From contig OX597818.1 of NCBI GenBank assembly GCA_951406725.2, forward strand, positions 37,820,001 to 37,884,000: 64,000 nt of DNA, written 5' to 3'. The stretch comes from Octopus vulgaris (taxonomy: Eukaryota). The translations under genes and the position numbers were made by a program. Below the pieces are notes generated by a model. It had not been told where the DNA came from. It did no database searches and was given only the letters and a program-made list of their open reading frames with translations. The first letter of the stretch is position 1. Every line of letters begins with the position of its first letter. Below, piece by piece: positions 14,336 through 28,472 of the stretch.

Positions 14336-15351
14336 TCACTGTTTTTCTATAATCTCATACATCTTCCTACTTGTTTTTGTAACATGTGGTTATATAAATG
14401 TTCGGCCCCTTCCAGCAAAGATATTGAAAATCTCATTCTCAGACATGTTTTCTTCTTCTTCTTCTTCTTGAAAATCAGCTCAGAGACAAAACGGCTAAAA
14501 GAGAATTCGGAAAATAAAAAAAAAAAAATACTTCCTATTTCACGAGAATATTTATTACTAGAAGTTTCTAGAGAATCTTCTGAGTCACTTGATAGAATTC
14601 AGTCATAGAAAGGAATTTTGGTTTAACGAATAGAGACGCAAAGAAAACAAAACAGAAAGGAAAGAGAACGAATTGTTGAGTGCGAGGGGAGAGAAGGGAA
14701 GCAAAGAGAGAAAATGTGTGGTTGTATGAGGATGTTTTGTATATGTATAGTAAACACATTTATTTGAGTGTCTATGTGTGCATGCGTACTTATGAGTGTA
14801 AGCATGACTATGTATGTATATATGTATGTATGTATGTATTTATGTATTATGAATGCATGCATGTAAATGAGTGTGAGAATATATGTAAGAGAGAGGAAGA
14901 AAGAGAGAGAGAAGGAGAGAAAGAATGAGAGAGATAGGCAGACAGATAGTCGGGGTTGAGGAAGGAGGAAAAGCATTTCGAACTGGTGAGGGGCGGTAAG
15001 GGCGTAGACAACTGTAAACTTGCGTAAGAAAAAAAAATTGATAAATGTAATAGCGAGAGAATAAACATGTGCGTTAGTATGTGGGTGAAGAGGGTGACGA
15101 GGAAGTGAGAAGTGTGTCGAAAGTGAAAGTAGGGCCAAAATATTGCCAAAAAAAAAAAAGTAATAAAAAGTTTGGGTAAGAGTAAAAGTAGAAGAATGGT
15201 GAGTGGAGGCGGGAAAAGGAGGAGAACATCGAAAGGAGGGAATAAATGCTTACCATATTGAGATGAGAAAAAGTTAAATGGATGGGTCGGATGAAAGAGG
15301 CGGCTGCTTATAAACGAGTGTTTATATGTACGTGTATGCATGTGTGTGCGT

Positions 15352-15391
<40 letters not shown>

Positions 15392-15609
15392 CAGAGAGAC
15401 AGACAAACAAAGAGAAAGAGAGCAAGAACTATAGAGATGATGCGTATGTGTGTTTATGTGAGTAGGTCTGCTCGAAAGAAAAATTTTCTAGCTCAAATTT
15501 CAAATACAATGAGTAGTGAGTCGGATGTCCAAAATTTCGGCAATTCTAGGGTTGCCTTTAAAAGGTATCCTAGAATCGTTGTCATGGAGATGGAAGGAAG
15601 CTGGCAAGT

Positions 15610-15704
15610 TATTATATAGGTATCACCCCCAACCACAGACTGCCACTTCTTTACCATAGGTGTGTGCACACGTTTGCCATACTGACAAACAGGACTTTGT
15701 GAGT
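15610..15704 (+). promoter_or_regulatory. Candidate TATA promoter and non-coding first exon of the CH-domain gene
   Basis: TATATAG at 15613-15619, a one-mismatch CArG-like CCTTTAAAAG at 15555, and a strong donor TTT|GTGAGT at 15699. The exon at 37106 has an acceptor and therefore needs an upstream exon. The link is inferred. Confidence 0.35.
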
Positions 15705-15933
15705 ATATTCTGCAAGTTTAGCTGCTTGTCTTTCTTTCACACGTATTCTCTCTTTTATTTATTTCATAAGCGTATTTTGCCTGTTTTCCCGCTTTGCTTC
15801 TTCATTTAAGCTCTTTGGATTATGGATCACTATTTTTTTTTTTTTTTACTTCTACGAGCAAAGCACTTCAGACTTACAAGAGAAAGACTAATGAGTTGCT
15901 GTTACGTTCATACCTTTCCGAATTATACACATG

Positions 15934-15983
<50 letters not shown>

Positions 15984-16072
15984 CATACATAATACATACA
16001 TACATACATACATACATATGTGTGTATGTATGTATTATGTAAGTATACATAATATATATATACATATACATG

Positions 16073-16133
<61 letters not shown>

Positions 16134-16266
16134 ACATATATATATCTATATATTTACACATATATAAAATATTTAATTTATATAAATATATAATTATAAT
16201 ATAAATATATCACATAATTATATATAACATATATATATATATATTTATATATATAAACATAGATAA

Positions 16267-16371
<105 letters not shown>

Positions 16372-16620
16372 CACAAATGTATGTATGTATAAACTTTGAC
16401 AATTTCTTTCACTTGACAGAAAAATAATTAACGAAAGCGAATGACAGTAAACATTAAAATGAAATTTAAAATATTTTAAATATAAGCATGACAGTTTTAT
16501 ATTTGCTGGGAAAATAAACGTAAACTTAAACATGCAGACACACAAACACACACACACATATATTGCATATATACATATACATATATATACATACATGCAT
16601 ATATATATGTATGTGTTTAT

Positions 16621-16653
<33 letters not shown>

Positions 16654-16827
16654 GTGAGTGTGTGTGCACGGTCATGCGTGTGCAATATTTAATTTTGTTA
16701 ATCAATTAAAAATACAGACTACAAACAAGACAGTTATTACAGGAAAATCTCGACAATTAGTATTAATCAGGTTAGAGGTGAGACTTCGGCTAACACCTTT
16801 AATGGCGTGTGTATATGTATATATGTG

Positions 16828-16866
<39 letters not shown>

Positions 16867-17611
16867 TAGAAAAAAAACACCTTTTATCAATTCAAAATGA
16901 ATAATTAAATTATATTATATAATATTGTGTGAAATTTGATTTACTATTTCTAAATTGAATTTTTTTTTCCTTGTAAGTTTAGATTTTATTCTCTCAATTT
17001 TCATTTATATTTATATAACTGATATTTTTTATTAGCTATAGACGAAATGGGATTGAGCAGGAACTATGAGTTTAGAAATTTAAACTCAATGCCTGAAGGT
17101 ATTAATGCAACACAGTAGCAAGATACCAGTGGGGCTCGAATCCTCGTATGCATTTTTAGCGCCTTACTCTCAGTAAATACCGATGTAGTAAGATTAATCA
17201 TCTTGACAACTTTTGAATTTACTTCAAACACCTAAGCACGATAAGGCTATGTATGTATGTATGTAAAATCCTTTCGTTTTTGTATTTTTCTATATTCATT
17301 TGTTTCGATTTTGTGTTTACGATGAGGTAAGGCCGGCATTGAGATTCGATCGTGAGATCTTTTCCTTATTAACATGACAAGGGAATAAGTGATTATCGAC
17401 AACTTTATTCTCTTTCAAGAAACTCAAATTTAACATACATAGTTTCGTCAGTTTAACTTTTTATATTAATAGGAAATAATAGAATAATAGTTATTATCCT
17501 GGATTGTCAAGAAATGAGATCAATGTTCGAATCCCACCAAGTTTTCGCTTCCGCATTCTATCCGCATATTTGCACACCATTCTGCTATTTAAAAAAGTGC
17601 AAGCAAATATC

Positions 17612-17844
<233 letters not shown>

Positions 17845-19049
17845 CATATAAATACATTGAATTGAGGATATATATATATATGATCTGGCTTTTCTTGCAT
17901 GAGTGCATGCTAAGTGATGCATTCCTAAGATATGTAAATGATTTTAATATCCATCTTCCACTTTTACGAAATAATAGATCTTATGTACCCATATTTCAAT
18001 TATGTTTGGTCTTTAGCATTGCATGCGATGGCTTTAGTGCGTAATGCCACCATGATATATGTGCATATAAGTACGCAAGAGTTGTGATTTAGTTAAGACA
18101 TTTGCTTGCAATCCTGAGGTCCCGGACCCGACCCCGCTATTTAGTATCTTGGGTATATTTCTTTTACCATAACCTGTGATAAAAAAAAACACCTTGTGAG
18201 TGAAATTGGGTTCGCGTAATAGCGTAGATGCCTGTAGGAAAGATTATAATGGTAATTCGTAGATCCAGCCTTGTTGTCATGTGCAGATTCAGCCTGAAAA
18301 TTACCTTAAGAGTATCCGTGTTCATGGAATGCTCAACCGCTTCGACATTGGTTTAACGAGTATGTAGTTTAGTTGGTCAAACATTGAATGCTCATCGTCG
18401 AAACCGACGAAGGATCCACATATACATGTAAATTCTATGCAAGTATAAGTCTGGTTTACGATAATTGTACTAAACTTAAGTGATTTATACACAATGTACA
18501 TGCAATTGTGTATATGAAAGTGTAGATATGTAGACATACGTGTATGCATGCTTACGCTATATGTGAGTATTGTGGATGATGATATTGTTATTAACAGTCT
18601 TATCAGCTACATATGCTCAGGGAATTGAAACCTTTTCCTGCTTCCGTAATAACTGAAGCTTCAAAAATTAAATTTGAAAAAAAGAAAAGATTTGTATTTC
18701 GTTGTACGATAGAAGTGAAACTGAAACATATCTTCCTTATACAGGACGTTTCACAACGATTAGTTTTGTTTTCTTAATTTACTTCTCTAACAAATTTTCT
18801 AAATCTGCTCTGCTAGATAAAATATGGTGGAGTTATGAGCTTTTTGTCTGTAAAAAGATTAATATTACAATTGTTATTCTCGACAGAATAACAGTTTGCG
18901 TTCTATTCTTCCTTAGACCATGAAATAGGTATATATGATATCAAAACTTAGTCAAGTACAGGGTTGGCATAAATAACTGTATTCGCTCTCGAAATGTATT
19001 GCTTTGTGTCTAAGTTTGAAATCATTTATCTGTTATGTCGAAATATCAT

Positions 19050-20430
19050 AAAGTCGTTACGAAAAGAATAGTGGGACTCACTAAAACATTAGACGAGAGA
19101 AACTATCCGTAGATAGTAGTTTAGTGGTTTAGTCCCGTCTAACGACAATGTTTTATTTGGAGAGTTGTTGAACCAAATTGAAGAGGCTGCTCTTCCGGGT
19201 TTCCATGAAAAGGATATGTACCATTGTTGTCACCATCCTCTGTATAAGGATCTCATATTAAGCTTTTCCTTTAAGCTTTTCGACGAAGACGAAGTCGATT
19301 CGAACTCCTGATTTCACCGTTCCATGAAACTTTACTAGTATTAGTGTAAAGAGCGTTAATACTAATTAAGAGTCTCTAGTAGATTATATGGAAGATGTTA
19401 AGGCGACAAGTGTTGCTAATGTTGATTTTTAACATAGGTACAGGGCCATAAATCTGGTGGGAGGATGCAATCGTTTAAACAGATCCCAGCAGTTGACTGC
19501 TATCTTATCGTCTATGAAAAGATGAAATGCAAAGTTAAAATCGAACTTAGAATGTAATGGGTCGTATTCGTTAGACGCTCTGCAACTGCTCTAATGTAGA
19601 AGTTAAAATATCAATGTGACAAGGTCACCTTGATTGCGAAACAAAGGTTCGGCGTAAGATATTTCAATAGTTTAGAATAGATTTCAATATTATCAAAAAC
19701 TTTCTTTCAAAAGCAGTTGTTGGTGGCTAAGTTGGTTTGCTAATCGAAGAGTGACGGGCTCGTATCCCCAATAAAACGTAATTACTTCCTGTCTCAGTGT
19801 ATCGAACTGAAAAGGATGTTGCCGGTTGCTGGTAAAGGTATCCTCAACATTCTTGTCAAAGTGAATTGCAATTTCCTTAGTTTTATCCTATTAAGTTCAA
19901 AATAGTGGATTTAGTTTCATCTCGACCGTATATTACCTTACTTCAAGAGATAAACTTGATGATGTTGTAGTTATTTTATCGTCGCCAGTGGTGGTATATT
20001 TCTATTGCAAAGACGTCAATCCTTTCATCACAACTTTGGCAAGTTTAGTGAAGGTTATGCTTTGTTTAGGAAGTCAGTCATTATATCGAAATATGTTCCG
20101 AATCAATAATTTTCTCACTCCATAATATAACATGAGTAAAACTATGATAAATGAAGCCTACAGAAGTACTCAAATCTTTCTATAGGCAACTGGAAAAGGA
20201 TACTACCAGTAGGTTTACCATCACTGTCTGGCCTTCGCGTACCATTTTGGCAGAGTTCGTTACTTTGCAAGTATTCGGGCTAGACTTCTTGCCAGAGCTG
20301 AAATTTCTTCCTCTTTTTCTCCTACCAGTCTCGGAGACTATGCAAAAATGTCATGAGACTGTCTTTCCTCTTTTGAAAAAACATACAAAGAGACACCCCA
20401 GAAACTTAACTCTTGGTTGATCCTCCCCGA
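19050..20430 (-). mobile_element. Highly decayed LINE endonuclease (APE) region
   Basis: Weak peptide remnants GIDVFAIE (compare IDILAIQE) and ATNNCF*K (compare ATNTxFQK). Confidence 0.35.
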
Positions 20431-21142
20431 GTTATGGTAACAATATCAATTATATTTAATCAAATTCCCAATTGATCTTCTATCAACAATGAATAGCGCA
20501 AAGGTGTAAAATAGAGGAGAGAAACTAGTTGTCTTTCTTTTCAGCTCTAGTCGCGATGTTCTAGTAGATCTATAGTAACATGGACCGTCTGGTCTTTTAT
20601 TCAAACACTGCATCGAGATAATTATTATCCAATGCATCTTTTCTTTTTATCTCTTCTAAGAAGGTTGGGTGTTGTTTGAGAGAGACTTTTTTGCTATCTC
20701 TAGTAAATCTAACGGCCACGCAGATGCTTTTTGACTTGCTTGTATGCAGTGATGTTTAAAAATAGTGATGATATGCAGGGAAACAAAGAACACAAGGGCT
20801 GTTGTGTTATTTTTAAATCTTGACATTAACGTTTTCATTCCATTTGCTTATAGTTTTATAAACAGAAAATAGAGGATAATGTTCTTTTATAAAGACTTAT
20901 CTAACAATGTCGTATTTTATATGAATAATCTATTTTATTTGATTTATTTTTCTTTCTAATTTAGTTTAAAAATAGGAAAAGATATAAAATCAAAACACAG
21001 AAATAAAGCGATAATGAACATTAATTAGTCTTTCAGCGTGGCTGTGTAGTAAGAAGTTTACTTCCAAATCACATAGGTCCGAGTTCAGTCCCACTGCGTG
21101 CACCTTGGGCAACAGTCTTCTACTATAGCTTCGGGCAGACCA

Positions 21143-21225
<83 letters not shown>

Positions 21226-22392
21226 ATTGTATATGTATTTGTTCCTCACCATCGCTTAACAACCAGTACTGGCTTGTGTATGTCCCCGCAACTTAGCGGT
21301 TCCGCAGAAGAATCTGATAGAATAAGTACCAGGCTTGCTTTAAAAAAAAAGGACTGGGTGTCAATTCGTTCGACTAAAAACCCTTCAAGGCGATGCTCCA
21401 GCATGGGGACAGTCTAAGGACTGAAACCAGTAAAAGATAAAAGACATGAAACTTTACTATGTATATAGTTTTAAATTAAAATTTGGCCAAATCTTCAGTT
21501 AAAATATATTATACACACATACATTATATTTTTTAATCATATAACTTTTACTGATCAATAATTATTCGGGACTGTTCTGTATGCTCACCCGATCAAAGCT
21601 GGTTTGAGTAGAATACACTTATATTGGTGAGGTCTCATAACGCCGAAACATGTCCAGGGTTGTCCTTCGCTTTGGAAATAAAGATCAGACTTTCTCTTGA
21701 ACATGTAAATTGTTTGAGTGGTTAATTCTTAATTTCTGGAAATTATCCCTTTTTTCTTATGTTTCCAAGAATTACAAATAGATTTTCATTTTCTTTCTCC
21801 AACTAAGACGAAAATTTGAATTAACTGACGATGCTTTTGTAAATTATTTTTTAACATATTTAAATTTATGCCAAAGGCACACTTGAATTATTTCCTAATA
21901 TACATGAATTCAAGCAGAGGGCAAATATACTGAATTCTCGAAAATAAGAGTGAATGTCCGGAGCTGTCGGATATGGATTTAGGAATATAAACTCTATTTA
22001 TTGTTCCAAATCATCTATAAAAATCTATTGAAAAAACATGAAAAATTTGAAATAAAAAAGATGAAATATTTTAGCATAGTTTATGTATATTTTTTAATGG
22101 AAAACATGATGCATAAAAGAAAATTCACATATATATTTTATTCACACACACACAAATAAATAACAATAGAGACCAAATGACGCAATCTAGAACAAGTGAA
22201 AATATTAAGCTGATGTCGCTGGAATGACAAAAGACCATGAATATGTTTGCGTAAAGCGCATCATTTTAATAAGAGACGAGACGCAACGAAAATTTTAGGA
22301 AAATAAAAATAACAAAAAAGTGAAAATTTGACCGGTGAGTGTGTTACATTATAAGACACAAAAAGAAAATGACTCTCCCCAGACACAACAGA

Positions 22393-22720
22393 ATATGTTA
22401 AAGATATTTCTTCCACAGGATATATCAAAGACTCTTCAACTTACTCCGAATAGAAGATTACTATTTTGGGGGCTAGTCATAGTCGGAATGTCTGTGAACG
22501 TTGAACTTGGGCTTCTGCATGGGGAGTGTTTGTTTGTTTTTAAATCTAATGTCATGCCTAAGAAGTTGTCTATCGCTAAGCTTGTGCTAATTACTTTAAA
22601 CTCTGCAAATATTCCTATGAATTTTCATTCAATCTGTCCATCTATGACAGCTCGTATTGTATACAATTGTACACCAGCATCTCAATAAAACCTGGAACTA
22701 TGCTGGTGATGCTTTTTTTT
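22393..22720 (-). mobile_element. Penelope-like element reverse transcriptase fragment
   Basis: Translation NFLGMTLDLKTNKHSPCRSPSSTFTDIPTMTSPQ resembles the PLE motif NFLDVTL...PYRKP...SNHP. Confidence 0.65.
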
Positions 22721-22938
22721 CTGAAGCTTTCAGAGATAAAGAACCTTTCGAGGGCAACCACCTCTGCACTGTCTACGTATCAAAGAATTACCTTTCTTTT
22801 GGCCTATAATGTATCGTGGTGATATTTAAGTGACTTCATAACGTACATTATTATTGTAGAAACTAGATCTCAAATTGTAATGACATCATCCCTGCAAACC
22901 CAAAATATATTCAGTGCTTTTCTTTGCAAACATAAGCG

Positions 22939-22991
<53 letters not shown>

Positions 22992-23341
22992 GCACGCATG
23001 CACACACGCACACGCACACATATACATATATGCATACATGCATATATACATAGATGCATTTCTTTTCTTTTATTAGTTTCAGCTTGAGAGCTGCAGCTAT
23101 GCTAGCCCTGCCAGTTGCCTTGTATAATAATCCTTTCTGATATAAGCACAAGGCCTGGAATTTGGAGGAGGGGGAAAGTCGATTACATCGACTCTTGTAC
23201 GTAATACGTAACTGGTACTTATTTAATCGACCCCGATAAGATGAAAGGGAAAGTCGACCTCGGCGAAATTTGAACTCAGAACGTGGAGATGGATGAAATG
23301 CCGCTCAGCATTTCGTCCGGAGTGCTAACGGTTCTGCCAGT

Positions 23342-23463
23342 GGAAGAGCGTAGGCTCGAAACGTGAAAGACTTTTTCAATTCCTGAGCGTTATACTAATA
23401 CATATGTTTGTTTTCTACACCATCTGTCCTCGTCTTTTGTTTTTTTCGTAAATTCTCCCTATA
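23342..23463 (+). mobile_element. Penelope-like pLTR fragment (reverse copy at about 6934-7035)
   Basis: GAAGAGCGTAGGCTCGAAACGT hammerhead-like core; a closely similar reverse-complement copy lies inside the SINE at 6.9-7.0 kb. Confidence 0.55.
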
Positions 23464-23465
23464 TA

Positions 23466-23565
<100 letters not shown>

Positions 23566-23613
23566 CATATACATATATGTATACATATATATACATATAT
23601 AGACATATGTATG

Positions 23614-23653
<40 letters not shown>

Positions 23654-23941
23654 TGTATATGTATATATATTCATATATGTATATATATTCATATATATAT
23701 ATATATAAAGGGAGAGAGAGAGAGAGGTTATGAGAGGTAATTGTGTCATTGAGACCCAAAGGTGTCAGGTAATGCTGAATAAGTGCCATAGATAGACCAT
23801 AATTAAGTTCCAAGTTCGGTGATTTTGCGAATAAGGGGTTCAACTTTAGTCATATGTCAGCGTGTGTACATAAAAAAGTTTTCGTAATGAGATAAAAAAA
23901 AAACAAGACTGAGTAGATTTTAGAACATTTATAGATAGAAG

Positions 23942-23989
23942 GTCTTACAGCTGTTTCCATGATATTTATTATATCCCTTCATCGGAGAC
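23942..23989 (-). ncRNA. Minimal hammerhead ribozyme motif (Penelope type)
   Basis: Minus strand GTCT-CCGATGA-AGGGATAT...ATATCATG-GAAA-CAGCTG-TA-AGAC, with palindromic stem III and a GUA cleavage triplet. The base of stem II is imperfect. Confidence 0.6.
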
Positions 23990-24010
23990 GGTGTGAGAGG
24001 ATCGTTAAGT

Positions 24011-24069
<59 letters not shown>

Positions 24070-24314
24070 TTATACATACATACATACATACATACATACC
24101 TACATGCATGCAGATTGGTTCTGTATGGACATAGGGATATAAACAGATTTTTAAAGTCACACAAAAGCAGTAAGGTTATGAAGCAAAAAGGAGAGAAGCA
24201 AATACAAAAGCAAAAACATGTGCCTGAGATAAATACGCTGATAGAAGAAAAAGGAAGAGAATCTAACGTTTATGGGGATACTCCTCATTAAAGGGAGAGA
24301 AAAGTATTAGAAAA

Positions 24315-24377
<63 letters not shown>

Positions 24378-24389
24378 TGTCTGTCTGTC

Positions 24390-24657
24390 TGTCTGCCTGT
24401 TTGCCTGTCTGTCTGTGACTGTATATATGTATATATATAATTATAAATTTTATACATATACATGAGAGAGAGAGTGAGAAGACAGTCAGACAGCAGACAC
24501 AAAGACAGTGTCCAGCCTGCCTGCCTGTTTGCCTGTCTGCCTGTGACTGTATATATGTATATATATATTTATTAATTTTATATATATACATGAGAGAGAG
24601 AGAGAGATAGTGAGAAGACAGTCAGACAGCAAACACAAAGACAGAGTGTCCAGCCTA
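24390..24657. repeat. Two-unit tandem duplication (about 125-140 bp) of a microsatellite mosaic
   Basis: CTGCCTGTTTGCCTGTCTG...GTGAGAAGACAGTCAGACAGC...GTGTCCAGCCT occurs twice. Confidence 0.85.
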
Positions 24658-24699
24658 TCTTTCATTTTTGTTTTCCCCCGCTTATCTTCCTTACTTGCT

Positions 24700-24927
24700 C
24701 ACTACGTTTAGATTAAAAGTTAGATTAAACGCACACACGTAATCTTTGATTAATCGTAGCTAAATCGCAAATTAATAAATGATTTGACTAATCGGGTTCG
24801 TATATCGTCCCAACGTCGCAGATTTCTAAACGATCGATATAGTTGATTGAATCCACTTCGGTAAATAGTTGCAAGATGATCTCGACCAAGATGTCTTCGA
24901 ATATTGATTCAAACGCAGAAGGTACAA
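24700..24927 (+). promoter_or_regulatory. Candidate alternative promoter/first exon with clustered TAATC/GATTA motifs
   Basis: Six TAATC/GATTA hits in 24711-24793, locally CpG-rich unique sequence, and a possible donor GAAG|gtacaa at 24922. Confidence 0.3.
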
Positions 24928-26888
24928 AAAAGAAACTCCCTCTTCTGCTACGCTAACCTTTTAATGGTTTAATTATTTATAAATGTTATTTGCGAGAAAT
25001 TGGATTGATAAAACTCATTCTATAAAACAAGAGAATGCCGAAAAGTTCTTTTTTTCTGTGTGTGGTCTTTTTATGTATCATTAGTTACTTCAGCCACTAA
25101 ACTGGGATTCATACATCAGAATAAATTTAGTGCAAGATCAGATTAAATTAATATTAGCTCTTTGTGCAGGCAGACGGTTTCTCTTCTCCTCGGCGCATGC
25201 ATAATTATAATTATAATTAATTGATTGATATATTCTGCGTTGTCGCCCTAACTTGCCTCGATAAGATTTAAACACTGGGCTAACGTTGTACTCTCTTCTC
25301 TGCGATGGCAATCTGGATTAAACATAGTAGTTTTACTTCCTATATCAATATGCTAACACTAACTTAACTGTTTGTTTTCTCTCTGGGAGATATTCCGGGG
25401 TAATTTTCCTCAGTAACCGGTTTCATACTTTTTAGTTCTAAACACAGTTTTCCACAGAGTTGGCCTTCACTTACGTCTTTCTAAATCTGATCAGTTGTTA
25501 CCGTTGTTGTTTTGGAAGTGGCATTTTTTAAGACCCAGATCAGCCCTGCTACGATAGACCTACGATCCAAGGCATTCCAACCGTGATTATTCTACCATTT
25601 TAGAGGAATATTAGACCTCATAATCTAACGAGTATTTTCTTCATTTTATATGGCTGGGTGTGATTATTAGGATGATTTTGCTACTGTGACTGAATATTAA
25701 TAACACACTGAAGTTGATTCGGTCCAAGCTAGGCATGATCACTGATAAATGCTGATTGAAAGGACACAGACTTGGTAGTTTCACAACCTATTGATTTGGC
25801 CTATTTATGGTTTTCTTTGAAATGAATAAACGGGGGGGAAAACACATGATTCATTATCTTCGTCGTTCCAAAACCGCCACGCGTACTCTTTTATTTAATA
25901 CGACAAGGGTATTTTGTGTCATTAACATATTACATAGTATTTGTTATTTTTAGTGATCGATTAAATATTTAGTTTACCTTCTTCTTCTTCCAATCAGGAC
26001 TCACGCCATTAGCCACAAAGAATAATCTCTAATTCGAGCCTACTCTAAGCTACTAAGAATGCGTGTGGCAACATGAAGATCCACCCACCACACGCGATAG
26101 ACTGGTGGTTGCACGGGCGCGAAAGCTACGTTGTTATCCCCATTCTGTAAACGGTGGCTTTTAACGAGTGGAGAGCTGAACCTTCCTGGGGTAGAGAGGA
26201 ATCGCAATCTTGACTAGGGTCTGAAAGTTTACCACCATGGTTCATCTGCTTTGTAGTAGAAGTAGGAAGAAAGAGTACAGCGGGGTTCACCCCACCCCGC
26301 GCCGGAGCCTCGTGGAGCTTAGGTGTTTTAGCTCAATAAACGCTCGAAACCGGGAGTCGAAACCGCGTTCTTACGATCACGAGTCCGCTGCCCTAACCAC
26401 TGGCCATTGCGTAGTTACTGTCGCCGTTTGATTCAGATAGAACCTGCTTGAGCAGATAGGTGATCAAAGATGTGCCAATTGTAAAGATCCTTTCATTTCG
26501 AATACCAGAGCCCACCGTTTCTAATATAACCTTTGCTTCATAAGAATCAGGAGTGTTACTTGAGAGAAATTTGGCTGAATTTCCAATGACAGTGTAAAGC
26601 AGTTTCTAATATAACCTTTGCTTCATAAGAATCAGCTGAGTGTTACTTGTGAGATATGTGTGCATAAGTCTATTAAATTATTGCACAGGGGTTCCTCGAG
26701 CCAGTGGAATGCTTCCTTGGGGTTCCGCTCCAGCAAAAAGTTTGAAAAGCACTTAGGCCATAGAAAACTCAGTTTTAACTTCAAGTAACTATGAAGAATA
26801 TTCGCTGAAAGATAATGTTAGTTGATAGCATATAATAAGCTCTTTATCTATGTCTGACTTTTGGCCGTGGTATTTTCATTTATTAGGA

Positions 26889-27265
26889 ACTAACAGTATC
26901 GCCCGGCGTTACGACGACGAGGGTTCCGGTTGATCCGAATCAACGGAACAGCCTGCTCTTGAAATTAACGTGTAAGTGGCTGAGCACTCCACAGACACGT
27001 GTACCCTTAACGTAGTTCTCGGGGATATTCAGCGCGACACAGAGAGTGACAAGGCCGGCCCTTTGAAATACAGGTACAACAGAAACAGGAAGTAAGAATA
27101 GAAAGTTGTGGTGAACTTTTACAAAATTTTCGCTGCCAGTTTTGAATTATGACATTGGAGCTTGTGTGTGTTTTCATCAGAATCGGTTGAAAGCCGTGGT
27201 CTGAGGGTACAACCGACAGACACAGACAGACAGACAGACAAACTGCCGTTTATATAGAGAGAGAT
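26889..27265 (-). mobile_element. Chimeric Helitron-like element containing a SINE-like internal segment
   Basis: The 3' end (AACGCCGGGCGATACTGTTAG on -) is shared with the 10.5/61.3 kb family, the 5' end TCTCTCTCTATATAAAC-(TGTC)n is different, and there is an unrelated internal block at 26912-27100. Confidence 0.6.
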
Positions 27266-27845
27266 GTGTCTACTACAAACCAAAAAAAAAAAAATGTGAG
27301 AGAGCAAAAATGAAGTCCGAAAGATAAATTAGAAAGATTGATAGAGAGAAATTATTTCCCAATAAATAAATAAATGAATAAATGAAATAGCAACGAGATA
27401 GATAGCCTCCTACGAAATATTTCAACCACAGAAAACTTCCAATTTAGTATCATTTCTTTTTCACACAACCATCTGCTGTAATTCGCCCTCATCCTCCCTT
27501 CATCCTTCCTTATTTGTCTTGGCATTTTTCTTATTCTTTTCCTTTTAGAATATATTTCAATTTTTTTCACATTTTTTTTTTTTTTTGCTTTTATTTTTTC
27601 CTTCACATTTCTGTTCTCCTTCTCTTGTACTTTTCTGTCTGTCTGCATTTTTTTCTTCTCTATTTCAAAGCATTTTTCGTTTTTGTTCTTTTTTATTTTA
27701 TTTTATTATATATTTTTTTTTAATGTTCCCTTTGCTCCACATGAGTCAAACCGCCTTTAAAACACCTACAGTTTTTCTTGCTACCTACACGGTAGATCTC
27801 AGTTTTCTTCTGCCAATCGCTTTACCTTTTAACATTTTATTTTTA

Positions 27846-27892
<47 letters not shown>

Positions 27893-28043
27893 TCTTTCAT
27901 TCTCTCTTTCCTCTCTCTCTTTTCATTCTCTCTCTCCTCTCTCTCTTTCTGTTAACTCTATCCATCCATGTATGTGTTCGAGTGTATACATACAAACACA
28001 TATAATATATATTCATATATATATATATATATATACGAATGAT

Positions 28044-28109
<66 letters not shown>

Positions 28110-28113
28110 GATT

Positions 28114-28144
<31 letters not shown>

Positions 28145-28150
28145 CGAATG

Positions 28151-28281
<131 letters not shown>

Positions 28282-28391
28282 CATATATATATATATACAT
28301 ATATACATTGTTAACAAGTTCTCTACCTCTTACTACTCTCGTATCTAACTACCACCTCTTCTCTCTCTCTCTCTACCCCCGTCTCTCTCTC

Positions 28392-28472
<81 letters not shown>

